A stretch of 64,000 bases of DNA from Carpediemonas membranifera BICM (Eukaryota > Protista > Fornicata): positions 1 through 64,000 of the forward strand of contig JAHDYR010000014.1 in NCBI GenBank assembly GCA_019828565.1. The letters are read 5' to 3'. Under the pieces are notes generated by a model, which saw nothing but the letters and a program-made list of their open reading frames with translations, ran no database searches and was not told the origin of the DNA. Position numbers and translations under genes: made by a program. Within the stretch, counting starts at the first letter, position 1. Each line of letters begins with the position of its first letter. Of the stretch, positions 36,356 through 47,754 are shown one piece after another.

Positions 36356-38109
36356 TTATTCAATCTCAACTACCTCGCACTTCTTCTGGTACAGCGTGGC
36401 GTGAGCCGGATCGCCTTCGATGACAATAGCGAAATTATCTGTCAACCCCCACAAGTCTGCATCGGGTGCAAGCATGGTGGTGCCATCAAACAGGTATAAG
36501 ATGGCGGAGATGCCTTGCATGCCGTTGTATCCGTCGTATGACTGGACAACAAGGATGTTCCGCTTCTGCTTCCTCGCCCAGACTCGGATGGCGTTCGAGT
36601 TATAGTAGCCGGAGTCCGGATCTGTCAGGCTACGCTCCGTGACATTCTTCTTAGACCAGTACTTGGCCTTCACTGACTGGCAGAGGCCACGCTGCCACTT
36701 TTCGAAGTCGCCATCAACTCTGCCACCCAACTCAATGGCTTGGAGACAATATGCAACGCAGTTGCCGTCACTCTTGACATGAATCGCGGTACAGCCAGCC
36801 GTGAGAGCCTCCGCGTTGATGCACGTCTGCACCGCGGCCTCAGAGGTGATGCGAGTCTGAGTCTCCGGCTCAGTCTGGATGCAGGCGTCGCATTTGGTCA
36901 CGTCCTCCTCATGTGACTCACCCTTCCTCTCCTCTGTCACCACCTCCTCGTGTGCCTCGCGCTTCTTCTCCTCTGTCACCATCTCCTCCTCGTCTGACTC
37001 CTCTGAGTTGCTATCGACATCAGCGATCTTCTGAGGGATTGTCATGAGGGCCTTGCGCTTCATGTGGATTGTGTCGCTCTTCCCCGTACGGCGGGGGGTA
37101 CTCGTTCGTGCTTGGTGTGTGCCCGACTGGGGTAGGTCGCGGCGAAACGGCGCGGGTGTCGGGCTGGCACCCATGGAGATGTCAGCTGCGTACCCCACGT
37201 CTTGCAGCAGCCTCGTGACGGTCTCCTCCAGCTCGAGTACTCTCTTCTGCGCCTTGTGATGGAGCACTCGTGCCTCCATCGGAAGAGATGGGAGGTCTTT
37301 GTGAATCCAGTCCTTCATTTCGAGCAGCTTGGATACGCGAAGGTATCTGTCGAACTGGACGTCGACGTGGTTGTCCCCAGCAACCGAAGCTGACTCTCGA
37401 GAGGCGCGAATGCGAAGCTCGCCGTGCACCTCCTTCTGGACTCTATGCCACAGGACGTAGTTGCGAGCGTTATTGTCCTCCCACTCCTTGAGCTTCTGGG
37501 CGATCTTTCTCTCGCGCCGGCGCTTGATCGCGCGTTCTCTAATCTCATCGTCGGACTCGTTGTCAAAGTCCACCTCACTCTCACTGTCGCACAACTCAGA
37601 ATCGTCGACGCCGCTCTCTTCACCACTGTCCACGCCACTCTCATCGTCGACGGGTTCTTTCTTAGCGCTCTCGGCCTTGCCCTTGCCCTTGTCCTTCTCC
37701 TCGGCGTCAATGGCCTCAATAATGGCCTTACGCGCCTTGCGCTTCTCCCTGGCTATACACGATATCAGCCTGGTTGTCGTCAACCCACTTCGCCAGCGCG
37801 CCGAGCTTCTTGGAACTTCTTGGTCCGGCGAGTGCCATAAACTGCTTCTTCAACTTATCCTGGAGCTCTTCCTTCTCGTCCTTCGTGAGGCGGAATTTCG
37901 TGGTGATATGGTTCAGGTTGATTCCTATATAAGCATTGCTATGACTACAAACGCTTCCTGATCACTAGATCGAGCAGTTTCCGTTCATCCAGCAAAACCG
38001 CGCGAAGGACAGCACATTTGGCATGATTGGTGGTTGCCTTGGTGTATGCAGCCAATATCGCATCGTACTGTTCCTTGCTAGCGCTCTCAATCCACTTTAG
38101 CAAGTCCAT
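36356..38109 (-). CDS. OTU-like cysteine protease (deubiquitinase-like) with acidic/coiled N-terminus; probable 28-nt intron at 37925-37952
   Basis: HVKSDGNC catalytic motif and distal His (PAHAT) in ORF 36356-37783. The upstream exon from ATG 38109 joins via GT..AG plus one homopolymer indel near 37748. Confidence 0.7.
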
Positions 38110-39359
38110 GTTCGGCACTATCAGCAAGAGAGCATAAAAAAAATGGACATAGAGTGCCAAAAGTAATAAACTGAAACCATCCTCACGGCAACTATGTACC
38201 TAGGCGGCCTCAGTACCTCCAATACCTTCCGTATGTGCTTTTTTTGTCCGTCCCTACTTCGTCCCACGAACCAGAAAAAAAGCGCAAAGAGAGGGCCCTT
38301 TGAATAATTCTATAACGGCAGCAGAGCATAAAACACGGTTCGAAAGGGCTGATTTTATGCTCTCTTGCCGTTAGTTCAAGCCGAGGCACGCTTCGGGCGA
38401 GCTCCGGCCAAGGGGTCCAGGAGTCAGCTTTTGGGGGAAGGTCTGTGGTGCTCTAACGTACCTCGGGACGCACTGTGGAGGCCCCTAGAGTACTCGGTCA
38501 TGGCATGTCAGACCAAGGGTCCCTCAAATCTGGCCCCATTCAGGATGCACCCCCTAAATGTTCCGTTGCAAGCGTCTGACGGGCGTTCTCTGGATACCGA
38601 CCAAGATGGAGGTCACATGGATCAACGGACGAGTATTGCGGTATTCTGGCCATGCCTGGTACTCTCAAATCATCTATACTAATCAGTGCTCCATTTATAG
38701 TTCATATCGTATGGTCCTGGTGGACTTATAGTTGTTGATGTTGTTTAGGGATAATTGTTGCTTTAATGATGCTCTGCGCTCGCTTACTGATGTTTCTTAG
38801 TGATATTCATGTGTCTGCATCTTCAAATCCGCCAGTATTCTTTCTATTCTTCAGATCCTCATTTCAGTCTCGTTGCGAGCATAAAGTGCACATTGTGAAA
38901 GGAAAGTGGGTGGTTATCTAATGGATATATGGCAGGACAAGGTACACGAATGCCGTCCTGAGGTTTGGCATGGGATACTGATTTCATACGTCTAAAATGG
39001 GCGGTTGGACCCGAATTTCAGAATTTCGGCATGTCCGAATTCCGAGGCAAGCGGGTAGGGTGTACAAAACCTGGCCTGGGTACCTATTAGAGCGAATAGA
39101 GAATGGCAGCACCATGGATTCGGTTTTCAGAATAATAATTGCATTTGGATCGCCATTTCAGAATTACTTCCAGCACCGGAGATTATCATTAAATCTGGGA
39201 GTGTAACAACACTTTTAAAAATGAAAGGTCCCCATTCACCCACTCAGGCCCTAGATCACGTATCTGAGCTCAGTTTGGGTCAATTCCCAATACTTTAGAG
39301 TTTTGTATGGTCGAAATTCTGAAATAGCAATCCAAACTGAAGCAGCAAAAACTCATCCC

Positions 39360-40556
39360 ATGGAGGCTGTAGCGGCAATAGACGAAGATATCATGAAGCA
39401 TTGGTTGAAGAATGTTCCAACCAAATCGCGTACGAACTACAAAAAGCTTCTGAAAGACGTTTTGGCCAGAATTTGTCAGGAAACCGCCACAGATATCCAG
39501 AAGGGCATCGAGATTGTCCGTAGTGACGAGCTGGTAACCCATTTGCGCCTGTACCTCGCTGAGAAGCCTCTGGGGACGCAGAAGAAGATCGTTTCGGCTG
39601 TTCAGTCTTTCCGGAACTTCGACTTGCCACACCCCGCGAAGCCGTTGTCCTGGAAAGAGGAGAAAGAGGTGTCGCCTGCATCAGTTGAGAGTCTCCCCAG
39701 CCCGTATGGCGCCATTGCCATTCTGCTCAACCAGACGGGCTGGAAGTATTCGTATCTCCAAGGTAATCTCCCCGATGCGATAGACCTTACCTCGTGCCCG
39801 AGCTGGATGGGCTTTGGTACGCTCAAATCGGGATTCCCGCAGGCCAGTGCTGTATCGGAGGCGCTCAAGGTTCAGGGGTTGACGGTTCGCATGCTTCGCT
39901 TTGCGCAGCGGATCGACGTGTCCACCGATAGGATGCAGTCTATCGGCACGCTAGAGCGCCGCGGCAGACCGCAGGAGAAGCCTCAGAAGGTCATTAAGGA
40001 CAAGCGCATCAGCCTGACCGATGAGCAGTTCAGGCACCAGTTGGCGTCCAGTCACTTAACGACCACGCGGCGCCCAACGATCCTCGATCTCAACCCGGAG
40101 ATCCGAAGCTCTGCCGACCTGGTGCCGCCGACGCTCGATAACTGGCTTTACAACAGGCTCAAGGCCAGAATGATCGAGCTTCACGATACTAAGACGAAAG
40201 AGAGGCAGAGCGAGGCTGACAAGGAGGCGGAGTTCGGCTCGCCGACTCGCGAGACAGAGATGCCAGAGGGCGAGAGAGAGGGCGATACTGACGAGGAGGC
40301 GGTGTCCGACGAGCCAGCTTACCAGGCAGAGTGGATGCACTACGAGGTGCCAGCTCGCGAGGAGAGCGAGGAGGGCGCCTTTGGTGAGGAGGTGGACTTA
40401 TGCAAGAGTGCCGATGAGGAACCAAAGATCGACCACGACGAGCATGGCGGGGAGGTGGCGGGCAGAGATGGTGATGGGGAGATTCAAGAGAACGTGACTG
40501 ATGAGGAGCGCTCAGAGAGCGATACTGCCGACAGTATCGTCTTTTCCTTCATCTGA
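39360..40556 (+). CDS. Unknown protein; N-terminus resembles the tyrosine-recombinase core-binding (SAM-like) domain; acidic tail
   Basis: SRTNYKKLLK...LYLAEKPLGTQKKIVSAVQSF pattern; no complete catalytic R-HxxR-Y set recognised. Confidence 0.5.
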   Translation: MEAVAAIDEDIMKHWLKNVPTKSRTNYKKLLKDVLARICQETATDIQKGIEIVRSDELVTHLRLYLAEKPLGTQKKIVSAVQSFRNFDLPHPAKPLSWKEEKEVSPASVESLPSPYGAIAILLNQTGWKYSYLQGNLPDAIDLTSCPSWMGFGTLKSGFPQASAVSEALKVQGLTVRMLRFAQRIDVSTDRMQSIGTLERRGRPQEKPQKVIKDKRISLTDEQFRHQLASSHLTTTRRPTILDLNPEIRSSADLVPPTLDNWLYNRLKARMIELHDTKTKERQSEADKEAEFGSPTRETEMPEGEREGDTDEEAVSDEPAYQAEWMHYEVPAREESEEGAFGEEVDLCKSADEEPKIDHDEHGGEVAGRDGDGEIQENVTDEERSESDTADSIVFSFI

Positions 40557-40720
40557 CATTGTAAAGAGGAAGAGTTTATGATTGGAGCATAGCTGATGTC
40601 CATAAACACCATTCATAAGCCAGTCCTGTCTTGTTTTCCACTGCTACTTCTCTCGTTGCGACGCACAGCTAGCTGTCGCGAAATGCACTTTAAGACCGAA
40701 TTTCACACAGCTACCTGTGC

Positions 40721-42016
40721 ATGGTGTTTGAGCTAGATAGCGACAAGCTGGAGCGACTGACTTCCTTACCTGGTAATAGTAGACAATATCTGCACGACTT
40801 TGAACCTGAAAAGCTGCAGGTTGTGATCAAAGTTGATGAGCATTATGGTATGGAGGTTCCCACCCTGCTAGCGCTCAAGGACAGTCCGCATGTCCTCCCT
40901 GTCGTCGATACAGGTTTTGTCGACCGTGATCCAGCCTTCATGGCTCCTTTGGTCAACTGTACCCCCTTCGCTGGCATCTGCAAGGCTCACTCCAGCGTGC
41001 AGTTCCGCTATGTTTCGCATCTGCTGCAGGCAGTATGCTACATGCATGACCACGGGGTTGTCCATTGCGATATTAAGTCAGACAACTTCCTCTTCAGCAA
41101 GAGTCAGAAGGGATACCTCATTGATTTTGGGTCTGCAATGAGGAAGCCGGCTAATGGCGACGACAGGTGGGCCATACAACTGAGATTCGCATCCGAGTAT
41201 CGCGGCACCCATGGATATTTGCCCCCAGAGCTTTTCTACGAGTACCTTGTCTCGCGCTCAGTGATTCCTGCTGCACGCGACACCTCCAAGCTCGCGCGCA
41301 TGACGGCAGGGGCTCTTTCCGTCACTTCTTATGTCGTGACACCTGCATCGGACATTTACTCTTGCGGTATTGTCATTATGATGCTCGTTAACGGTCTCTC
41401 TAAGTCCCCCTTTGCCGCGAAGGTGACTGACATGGGTGCAAACATGGCGCAGATCGACAACAAGAAGAAGAAGAAGATGCTGAAGCTTGGTAGCTTGCTG
41501 AACTGGTGCCAATTCTATGGTGGGCAGTTGCAGTTGTCACCTCAGGCACAGACACATTTCAAAGATTGCCTCGAGTGTGTCAACGTGAACTCTGAGCTCC
41601 CGATTCGCGGCACCACGCCACCTACTTGTCTCAGCCTGTACGACCTGGCAATGCAGATGCTCCACTTCGACCCAACGAAGCGTCCCACTGCTGCCGAATG
41701 TCTTGACAAGCTCAAGGTCATCATGCGCGTGCATGAATGCGTCGCCAAGCCGAGTCCGCTTCTGTTAGATGATACAGAAGAGGTCACCCTGTCTGCAGCT
41801 CAGCGAAAGAGACTGACCGACTGCTGTCAGCGAGGGTTTGAGGGTCAAGTCTTCTATCGGCGCTGCATAGTGTGTGGTAGAGACCTTCATGGACGCGAGA
41901 ACGTCAGCTGTGACACATGCCACAAGGGATACAGGCAGGTGAGCACCAATAAGTGCGCAAAAGGTGTGCGCGGAAGACTGCACAGGCAGTTTATTGCGAT
42001 GATTGAGCGGACGTAA
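40721..42016 (+). CDS. Ser/Thr protein kinase (some CDC7-like features) with C-terminal Cys cluster
   Basis: VVIK, HCDIKSDNFL, LIDFG, GTHGYLPPE, SDIYSCG, DPTKRPTAAECL; no Gly-rich loop seen. Confidence 0.9.
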   Translation: MVFELDSDKLERLTSLPGNSRQYLHDFEPEKLQVVIKVDEHYGMEVPTLLALKDSPHVLPVVDTGFVDRDPAFMAPLVNCTPFAGICKAHSSVQFRYVSHLLQAVCYMHDHGVVHCDIKSDNFLFSKSQKGYLIDFGSAMRKPANGDDRWAIQLRFASEYRGTHGYLPPELFYEYLVSRSVIPAARDTSKLARMTAGALSVTSYVVTPASDIYSCGIVIMMLVNGLSKSPFAAKVTDMGANMAQIDNKKKKKMLKLGSLLNWCQFYGGQLQLSPQAQTHFKDCLECVNVNSELPIRGTTPPTCLSLYDLAMQMLHFDPTKRPTAAECLDKLKVIMRVHECVAKPSPLLLDDTEEVTLSAAQRKRLTDCCQRGFEGQVFYRRCIVCGRDLHGRENVSCDTCHKGYRQVSTNKCAKGVRGRLHRQFIAMIERT

Positions 42017-42442
42017 AGAGATTGATACTTTCTGTGATGCAGGAATGAGATCAATGCTGCTGACAGGTCTCGAGATGGCAGAGGTGCTGGAGAAGAGAGA
42101 GCAGAAAAGGCATCAGAAGTAAATGAACGAAGTAAATAAGTCGTGGGAATGACTCAAACACTGACTAAGCCATCGACTTGGCGCAGCTGACCACAAATTG
42201 TTCTGATTTCATTTAGTGTGCACTTTAGGGGATAGTTTCATTGCAACGCCAAAATGGCGAGTTCAGGTTGTAGCAATGATCTGATGCGCGGAATGTACTA
42301 GAAAACATTGCAATTACAACGCAAAGCAGCGAAAAGCGGAGAAATCAACATCAATAACAACATCAACACCAAAAGAACAGTATCCCAAAGAATTGTGGGA
42401 GTTGCTGCGCCAAAGAGCAATAAATGACCACAAAGCATTCGC

Positions 42443-42754
42443 TTATGCACAATTAGCTGCCAGAAAGAACACTACACCGTTACTTTGGATCATTCCAGTT
42501 CGCCGGAGATGACGCAGGTCCAGAACGCTGCCTTGGAGGGCTGGTGAAGCGGTAGTGTAGCGCTTACTCGCCAAGCGGGCGATGGTCTCGACGGGACGGT
42601 TGACGGTCTCAAGGTGGCCCTGCTCTTCGACGTACCAGGCGGACATGCCGATGACGGAGCGGCGCTGACCCTGGCGGACGTTATCTTCGCCCTGGGTGAA
42701 GCTGTTCTTGCCGCAGTACACGTCGATACCGATGGTGAGGCAGGGCTGTAGCAT
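42443..42754 (-). pseudogene. Probable PIWI fragment, copy 4
   Basis: Same sequence as copy 1. Confidence 0.55.
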
Positions 42755-42846
42755 GGAGGCCGAGAAACCATAAACTGCACGGATCCACAAACGTGGATTG
42801 GCCTGAACGACAGCGCTGATGCCCAGACAGGCATATATACATTCAT

Positions 42847-43853
42847 TTATTCCTGTCTCGCTCTCTTGCCTGTCGGATCGCGACGCTTGACCCACTCAAA
42901 TGCCTCATCTGTGAGATAGACAGAGACGTCGCGAGTATTCCCAATCTTAACCTTCCGAATCAACGTTCGGCAAGGATCTTTGGGTGTCGTCGTTGAGGTA
43001 CGACGGCAAGCCCACTCTGAGGTCTCGCATGAGCCCCCGCACACGATGCAACGTCCTGACAGGACAAGCGGGGGTCATGCGTTCTGGCCATAGCTAGCTG
43101 GTCCACCTGGCTAGCAGTCAGTGTGCGCGACATGAGCGTACCGCGCGTCTTGCCCGTGTCTTCGGGCCTGGGCCTCGGCTCATCCAGGTCTCCGACGTCC
43201 GAAGTCGTCATCGTTGCCTGCTCCAAAGTGGTGGGCACCGGCTGAGACCTGACACCTGGCAGCCTGAGCATGGTCTTACGGCCGCCGCTACGCAGCCTCT
43301 CAATCTCATCCTCAAGAATGCTGACCTTCTTCGTCAGAGCATGATGTTCACTTGTCGCAACGAGCGACACTGGCGACTTAAGCAGCGCGATGAACGCCCT
43401 GACGTTATCGTGCAATGGAACTGAGAAGGCCTGGGCCAAGCTCTCGACCAGCTCCAGGACCTTGGGCAGGGTGTCGGGCTCAAGCTCATTGTGAGCTGCG
43501 CGGTTCCGGTACTCAACGAGATCACGAATGATCTTGGCATGGGCTTTGTTGTACGCCGCTCGATTGGACATCTCACGAAGGATTCTTGATGAATCCACGT
43601 CCTGTTCGAGCTCTTTGCCGAGGAGGTCCTTCTCGGTGCTATTGGGCTTGCACCCGGGGTTAAATTCAGGCGAGGCCAAGATCTTCCGCATCCAAGGGAC
43701 CATCATGGCGAGCAGCTGAAGAACTCGCGCATTATCGCCAAGGATGCGGAGCTGCTCATCGTTCCATGGTGAAATGAACAGGTGATGATCTTGTCGAGCG
43801 GATGATTGCCCTTTGAGAGGTGCTTGGCGATGCTTAGCGCGATATCGGTTCAT
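42847..43853 (-). CDS. HEPN-motif protein, copy 3 (1-bp G-run deletion near 43072)
   Basis: ORFs 42960-43853 and 42847-43044. Confidence 0.6.
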
Positions 43854-44229
43854 CCACAGTTGTGGATGACGAGCAATTTAAGGTAGAAGCCCCATCAGTC
43901 AATAACCCCGTCCTATCGTGCAATAGAACACAGTTAACACTTATTTCCATGCGCAGCAACACAGCATGTGGCGGAGAGGCGCCCGGTATGGACGACACCA
44001 GGTGATCCACAAACGTGGATTGGCCAATTACGTCTGCTTTCCTCAGTAAAAGTACACTCCAATCCCAAACTGGGTACGTACGTTATCACGCAAGCCCCAC
44101 AGACCCTTGGGTGTCCCGGGGATGTGGGCGTGTGATCCAGAGGTATTGTCTAATCTTCGACTATTGGGTCTGGGGACCGGAGCCTGGAGAGACCGTCACA
44201 GCAGGATAATATGACGCAGGCGGGTCAGC

Positions 44230-45474
44230 GTGCCGTTCTCAACGGTTGTGCAAAGAAATATGCTCACCATTTCGTTCGTGCATTTTATGCAAGCAATGGG
44301 ATCAACAGAACTTCACATCCAGCAGCTTATCGCTGCTGTTGAGGTATGTCGTGGACCGAATATATCGGATAGAGGTGAGAGACAGGCCAGGAAGCTATCT
44401 CGTGTCATCTCTGGTGAGTTTGACAATGCTTTCGTTAGATACTTGCGGGAACTGTACAAGGATGATGAATATGTCCTTCAGGAACTCGATGCCATCGAAG
44501 GTATCATTTACCAGTCCAATATCCCTCAATCTCCTCTTGTCGCTGAACTGCAGGCCGATCCAGACTCGAAGCCGACAGCAAGGCAGCGTAGGGCCGCACA
44601 CAGGGCCCAAATCAAGTCAACTCCGCCGGTTGTGAAGACACGGTTGAAGGCCGCCAAGGAGAGGAGACTGCTCAGCGACCCCAAGCCGACGAACCTCACG
44701 TCGACCGAGGCAACTGGCCTGACCAAATGGGTCGAGAGTCTCGAAACGCACGGAGATGACACTCTCGTGGCGAGCGATTTCGCAGGGATCAACGGTTTCG
44801 GTGCCAGCCGTGCACAGCTCGAGGGGCTCGAGATCTCGTTCGGGAGCGGGAACGTCCGGGTCATGCGAAGCTGGATCGCTTATCAGCTTTGCCTTTATGA
44901 CTGGATAAGTAAGGTTGTCGAGTTTGGGCGAGACGAAGTCCCAGTCGATGCGTTGCGCACGGCAGCAATCCATCAACGCCAGTTGTTCACCGATGCGAAC
45001 AAGGTTGATGCCAATGCCACCCGCATTCAGATTGTTAAGACTCCATTCTATAACGCAGTGATGCAGCGGGTAATTGGCATGGGTGAATCGGAGTCAATGA
45101 TGAGACACTACCACAACATTATCGGAGTGATCCTACTTCACTACGAGGATTTCCCCATCCTGATACAGCGCCAGCTGATCCCAAGCGACACTGATGCAGT
45201 TAAGGGCTTAAGTTCGCTCATTATCCACTGTCATCTGTGCACGACCTATAATCTCGTCAAGGACATTCGCCCGGAGATTGAGAGTGCCTTGGATGGCAAG
45301 GTGCCACGCGCAGTGATGCCCTTTGCCAGGAAGGCGTTTGGCCTCACCGCAAACTACCACGTGGAACAGCTCTCAGATGAGCCGATTACACCGGAGGTCG
45401 AGCCCGCAAAGAAAGGAAAAAAAGCAGAAGTACTCCCTCAATGTCCGTGCTGTTGCCAAGACAAGCGGGTGTGA
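44230..45474 (+). CDS. Hypothetical protein, about 400 aa (true start probably a downstream ATG)
   Basis: Long open frame with no recognised motif; ends in CPCCC. Confidence 0.65.
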   Translation: MPFSTVVQRNMLTISFVHFMQAMGSTELHIQQLIAAVEVCRGPNISDRGERQARKLSRVISGEFDNAFVRYLRELYKDDEYVLQELDAIEGIIYQSNIPQSPLVAELQADPDSKPTARQRRAAHRAQIKSTPPVVKTRLKAAKERRLLSDPKPTNLTSTEATGLTKWVESLETHGDDTLVASDFAGINGFGASRAQLEGLEISFGSGNVRVMRSWIAYQLCLYDWISKVVEFGRDEVPVDALRTAAIHQRQLFTDANKVDANATRIQIVKTPFYNAVMQRVIGMGESESMMRHYHNIIGVILLHYEDFPILIQRQLIPSDTDAVKGLSSLIIHCHLCTTYNLVKDIRPEIESALDGKVPRAVMPFARKAFGLTANYHVEQLSDEPITPEVEPAKKGKKAEVLPQCPCCCQDKRV

Positions 45475-45874
45475 CCCCTCGGAGATTGAGGAGGCCAAAA
45501 GGGCGAGAACGAAGTAAAAGTTTGATTGACACGAAAATGCACGTATCCCGAACCACGAAGATGTAGTATGGTGACCTTTTAACGCACAGAGTAGACTGAA
45601 ACTTCCCACTTGGCGCAGCTGACCACAAATTGTTCTGATTTCATTTAGTGTGCACTTTAGGGGATAGTTTCATTGCAACGCCAAAATGGCGAGTTCAGGT
45701 TGTAGCAATGATCTGATGCGCGGAATGTACTAGAAAACATTGCAATTACAACGCAAAGCAGCGAAAAGCGGAGAAATCAACATCAATAACAACATCAACA
45801 CCAAAAGAACAGTATCCCAAAGAATTGTGGGAGTTGCTGCGCCAAAGAGCAATAAATGACCACAAAGCATTCGC

Positions 45875-46186
45875 TTATGCACAATTAGCTGCCAGAAAGA
45901 ACACTACACCGTTACTTTGGATCATTCCAGTTCGCCGGAGATGACGCAGGTCCAGAACGCTGCCTTGGAGGGCTGGTGAAGCGGTAGTGTAGCGCTTACT
46001 CGCCAAGCGGGCGATGGTCTCGACGGGACGGTTGACGGTCTCAAGGTGGCCCTGCTCTTCGACGTACCAGGCGGACATGCCGATGACGGAGCGGCGCTGA
46101 CCCTGGCGGACGTTATATTCGCCCTGGGTGAAGCTGTTCTTGCCGCAGTACACGTCGATACCGATGGTGAGGCAGGGCTGTAGCAT
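45875..46186 (-). pseudogene. Probable PIWI fragment, copy 5 (cassette 45608-46309; one D-to-Y change)
   Basis: Same as copy 1 except GED to GEY. Confidence 0.55.
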
Positions 46187-46324
46187 GGAGGCCGAGAAAC
46201 CATAAACTGCACGGATCCACAAACGTGGATTGGCCTGAACGACAGCGCTGATGCCCAGACAGGCATATATACATTCATTTATTCCTGTCTCGCTCTCTTG
46301 CCTGTCGGAGACCAGCGGATTTAC

Positions 46325-47062
46325 TTATTCTAGGCGTAAGTAATGCCGGGCATGGAACCGGGCGTCAGCAATGTTCGTGAGCCTAGCATTCTCGACAAGC
46401 GTCTTGAATGACACAACAAAGAGTGGAAGACGCTCTGATTCACCCCTGGCCCAGTAGCTATCGGCATACTGAACCGATAGGAACTCGTACGGGCGTATCG
46501 TGCGAACACACACGAAGAAGAGAAGAGGAAGGAGCGTGGGCTCATCTGATTCGACCAACACGCGAATATAGCTGATGTTGCACTGCACATTCGTCAGCAC
46601 CGGATTGTCGTTGATTCGGTGGACTCCAATGGTGTTCGGGTCAGCACTCACGCAAAAGTCCGTCTTGTCGATGAGAAAGTCAAAGTCACCATGAGAATCA
46701 GACGTAGTGATGACATGACCGCAGTAAATGCCGATAACTTCGCCGACTTGGACGGCCTGGCTGCTGAACATGCCTTGACCAACGCTCAGTCCCATCAGGC
46801 TATCCTGCTGTGTGATGTGAAGCTTCCTGTCCTTGTGAATGCCTGCAGTGTCGAATTCCTCACCTGAATAGGTGGAATCAGGCGTTTTAGTCTTCAGGGA
46901 AAGGAACTTCTTCTTCTGCTCATCAGATAGCTTCGATAGGTCCATAAACGTCTCGTAGTCGGCAAGAGATAAGCTTTTGGGGGTGTTTTTGTCATCATCA
47001 TTGATCGCAGGGATTGCGATTGTCTTCATTTCGACCCTTAACGTTTCAACCTTAACATGCAC
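46325..47062 (-). CDS. SET-domain lysine methyltransferase (5' end uncertain)
   Basis: GQGMFS..V..GEVIGIYCG, HRIND..NV, RTIRPYEFLSVQY.DSYW. Confidence 0.85.
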   Translation of the reverse strand: MHVKVETLRVEMKTIAIPAINDDDKNTPKSLSLADYETFMDLSKLSDEQKKKFLSLKTKTPDSTYSGEEFDTAGIHKDRKLHITQQDSLMGLSVGQGMFSSQAVQVGEVIGIYCGHVITTSDSHGDFDFLIDKTDFCVSADPNTIGVHRINDNPVLTNVQCNISYIRVLVESDEPTLLPLLFFVCVRTIRPYEFLSVQYADSYWARGESERLPLFVVSFKTLVENARLTNIADARFHARHYLRLE

Positions 47063-47754
47063 TTCCGAGAATGTCCAGCGAAAACCAACAATGGGTTGCT
47101 TTTAGGCACCTTGCTTCATTGTACACAATGATAAGACGTGGAAACATCGAGAACCCCAGCGCAAGCATTTCAAAGTTGGAGGCTTCGTGTGTTGAGGCGT
47201 TTGTAACCTTTTGGCTTACAACCAAGGGTGCTGAGACCATCTACACGGAGAGAACTAAGTCTCTTGCCGAGAACTACGGCACAGGTGTTGTCCACTGCTC
47301 TGTTCCGGCAAAGATGACGAGAGATCTCCTCATCAAATATTGAGCGTACAATATCACGTAAAGGGGGCGTTTTGGAGGAAATGACGCACAATACCGTTGC
47401 TTTAGCACTAGTTTGATATTGAAGGTTCACTTTCAAGACTTTTTGCGTGGTCACCTTTGGAAGGTGACAGTGCAACACCCGAAATTTTGTCTATACACGT
47501 CATATACAAGGTCTAATGCATCTTTGCCAACCACTTTTAGCGTTTGTATGTGTCAGACGATCGAGTTCTGAAGAGCGACTTTGGCCAAGTCATGCGACCT
47601 TATCCTGCACTGACGATACGAAAACCGATCATAAATATTTATTGAGACATCTGCATGCAGTATTAATGTGTCCAGAGGTGAAGCTAGGTCTATAGAGTAC
47701 GCACACCAACTTTAGAACTGATCCGCGAGATTCGATCAAAATCGATCAAAGAAA

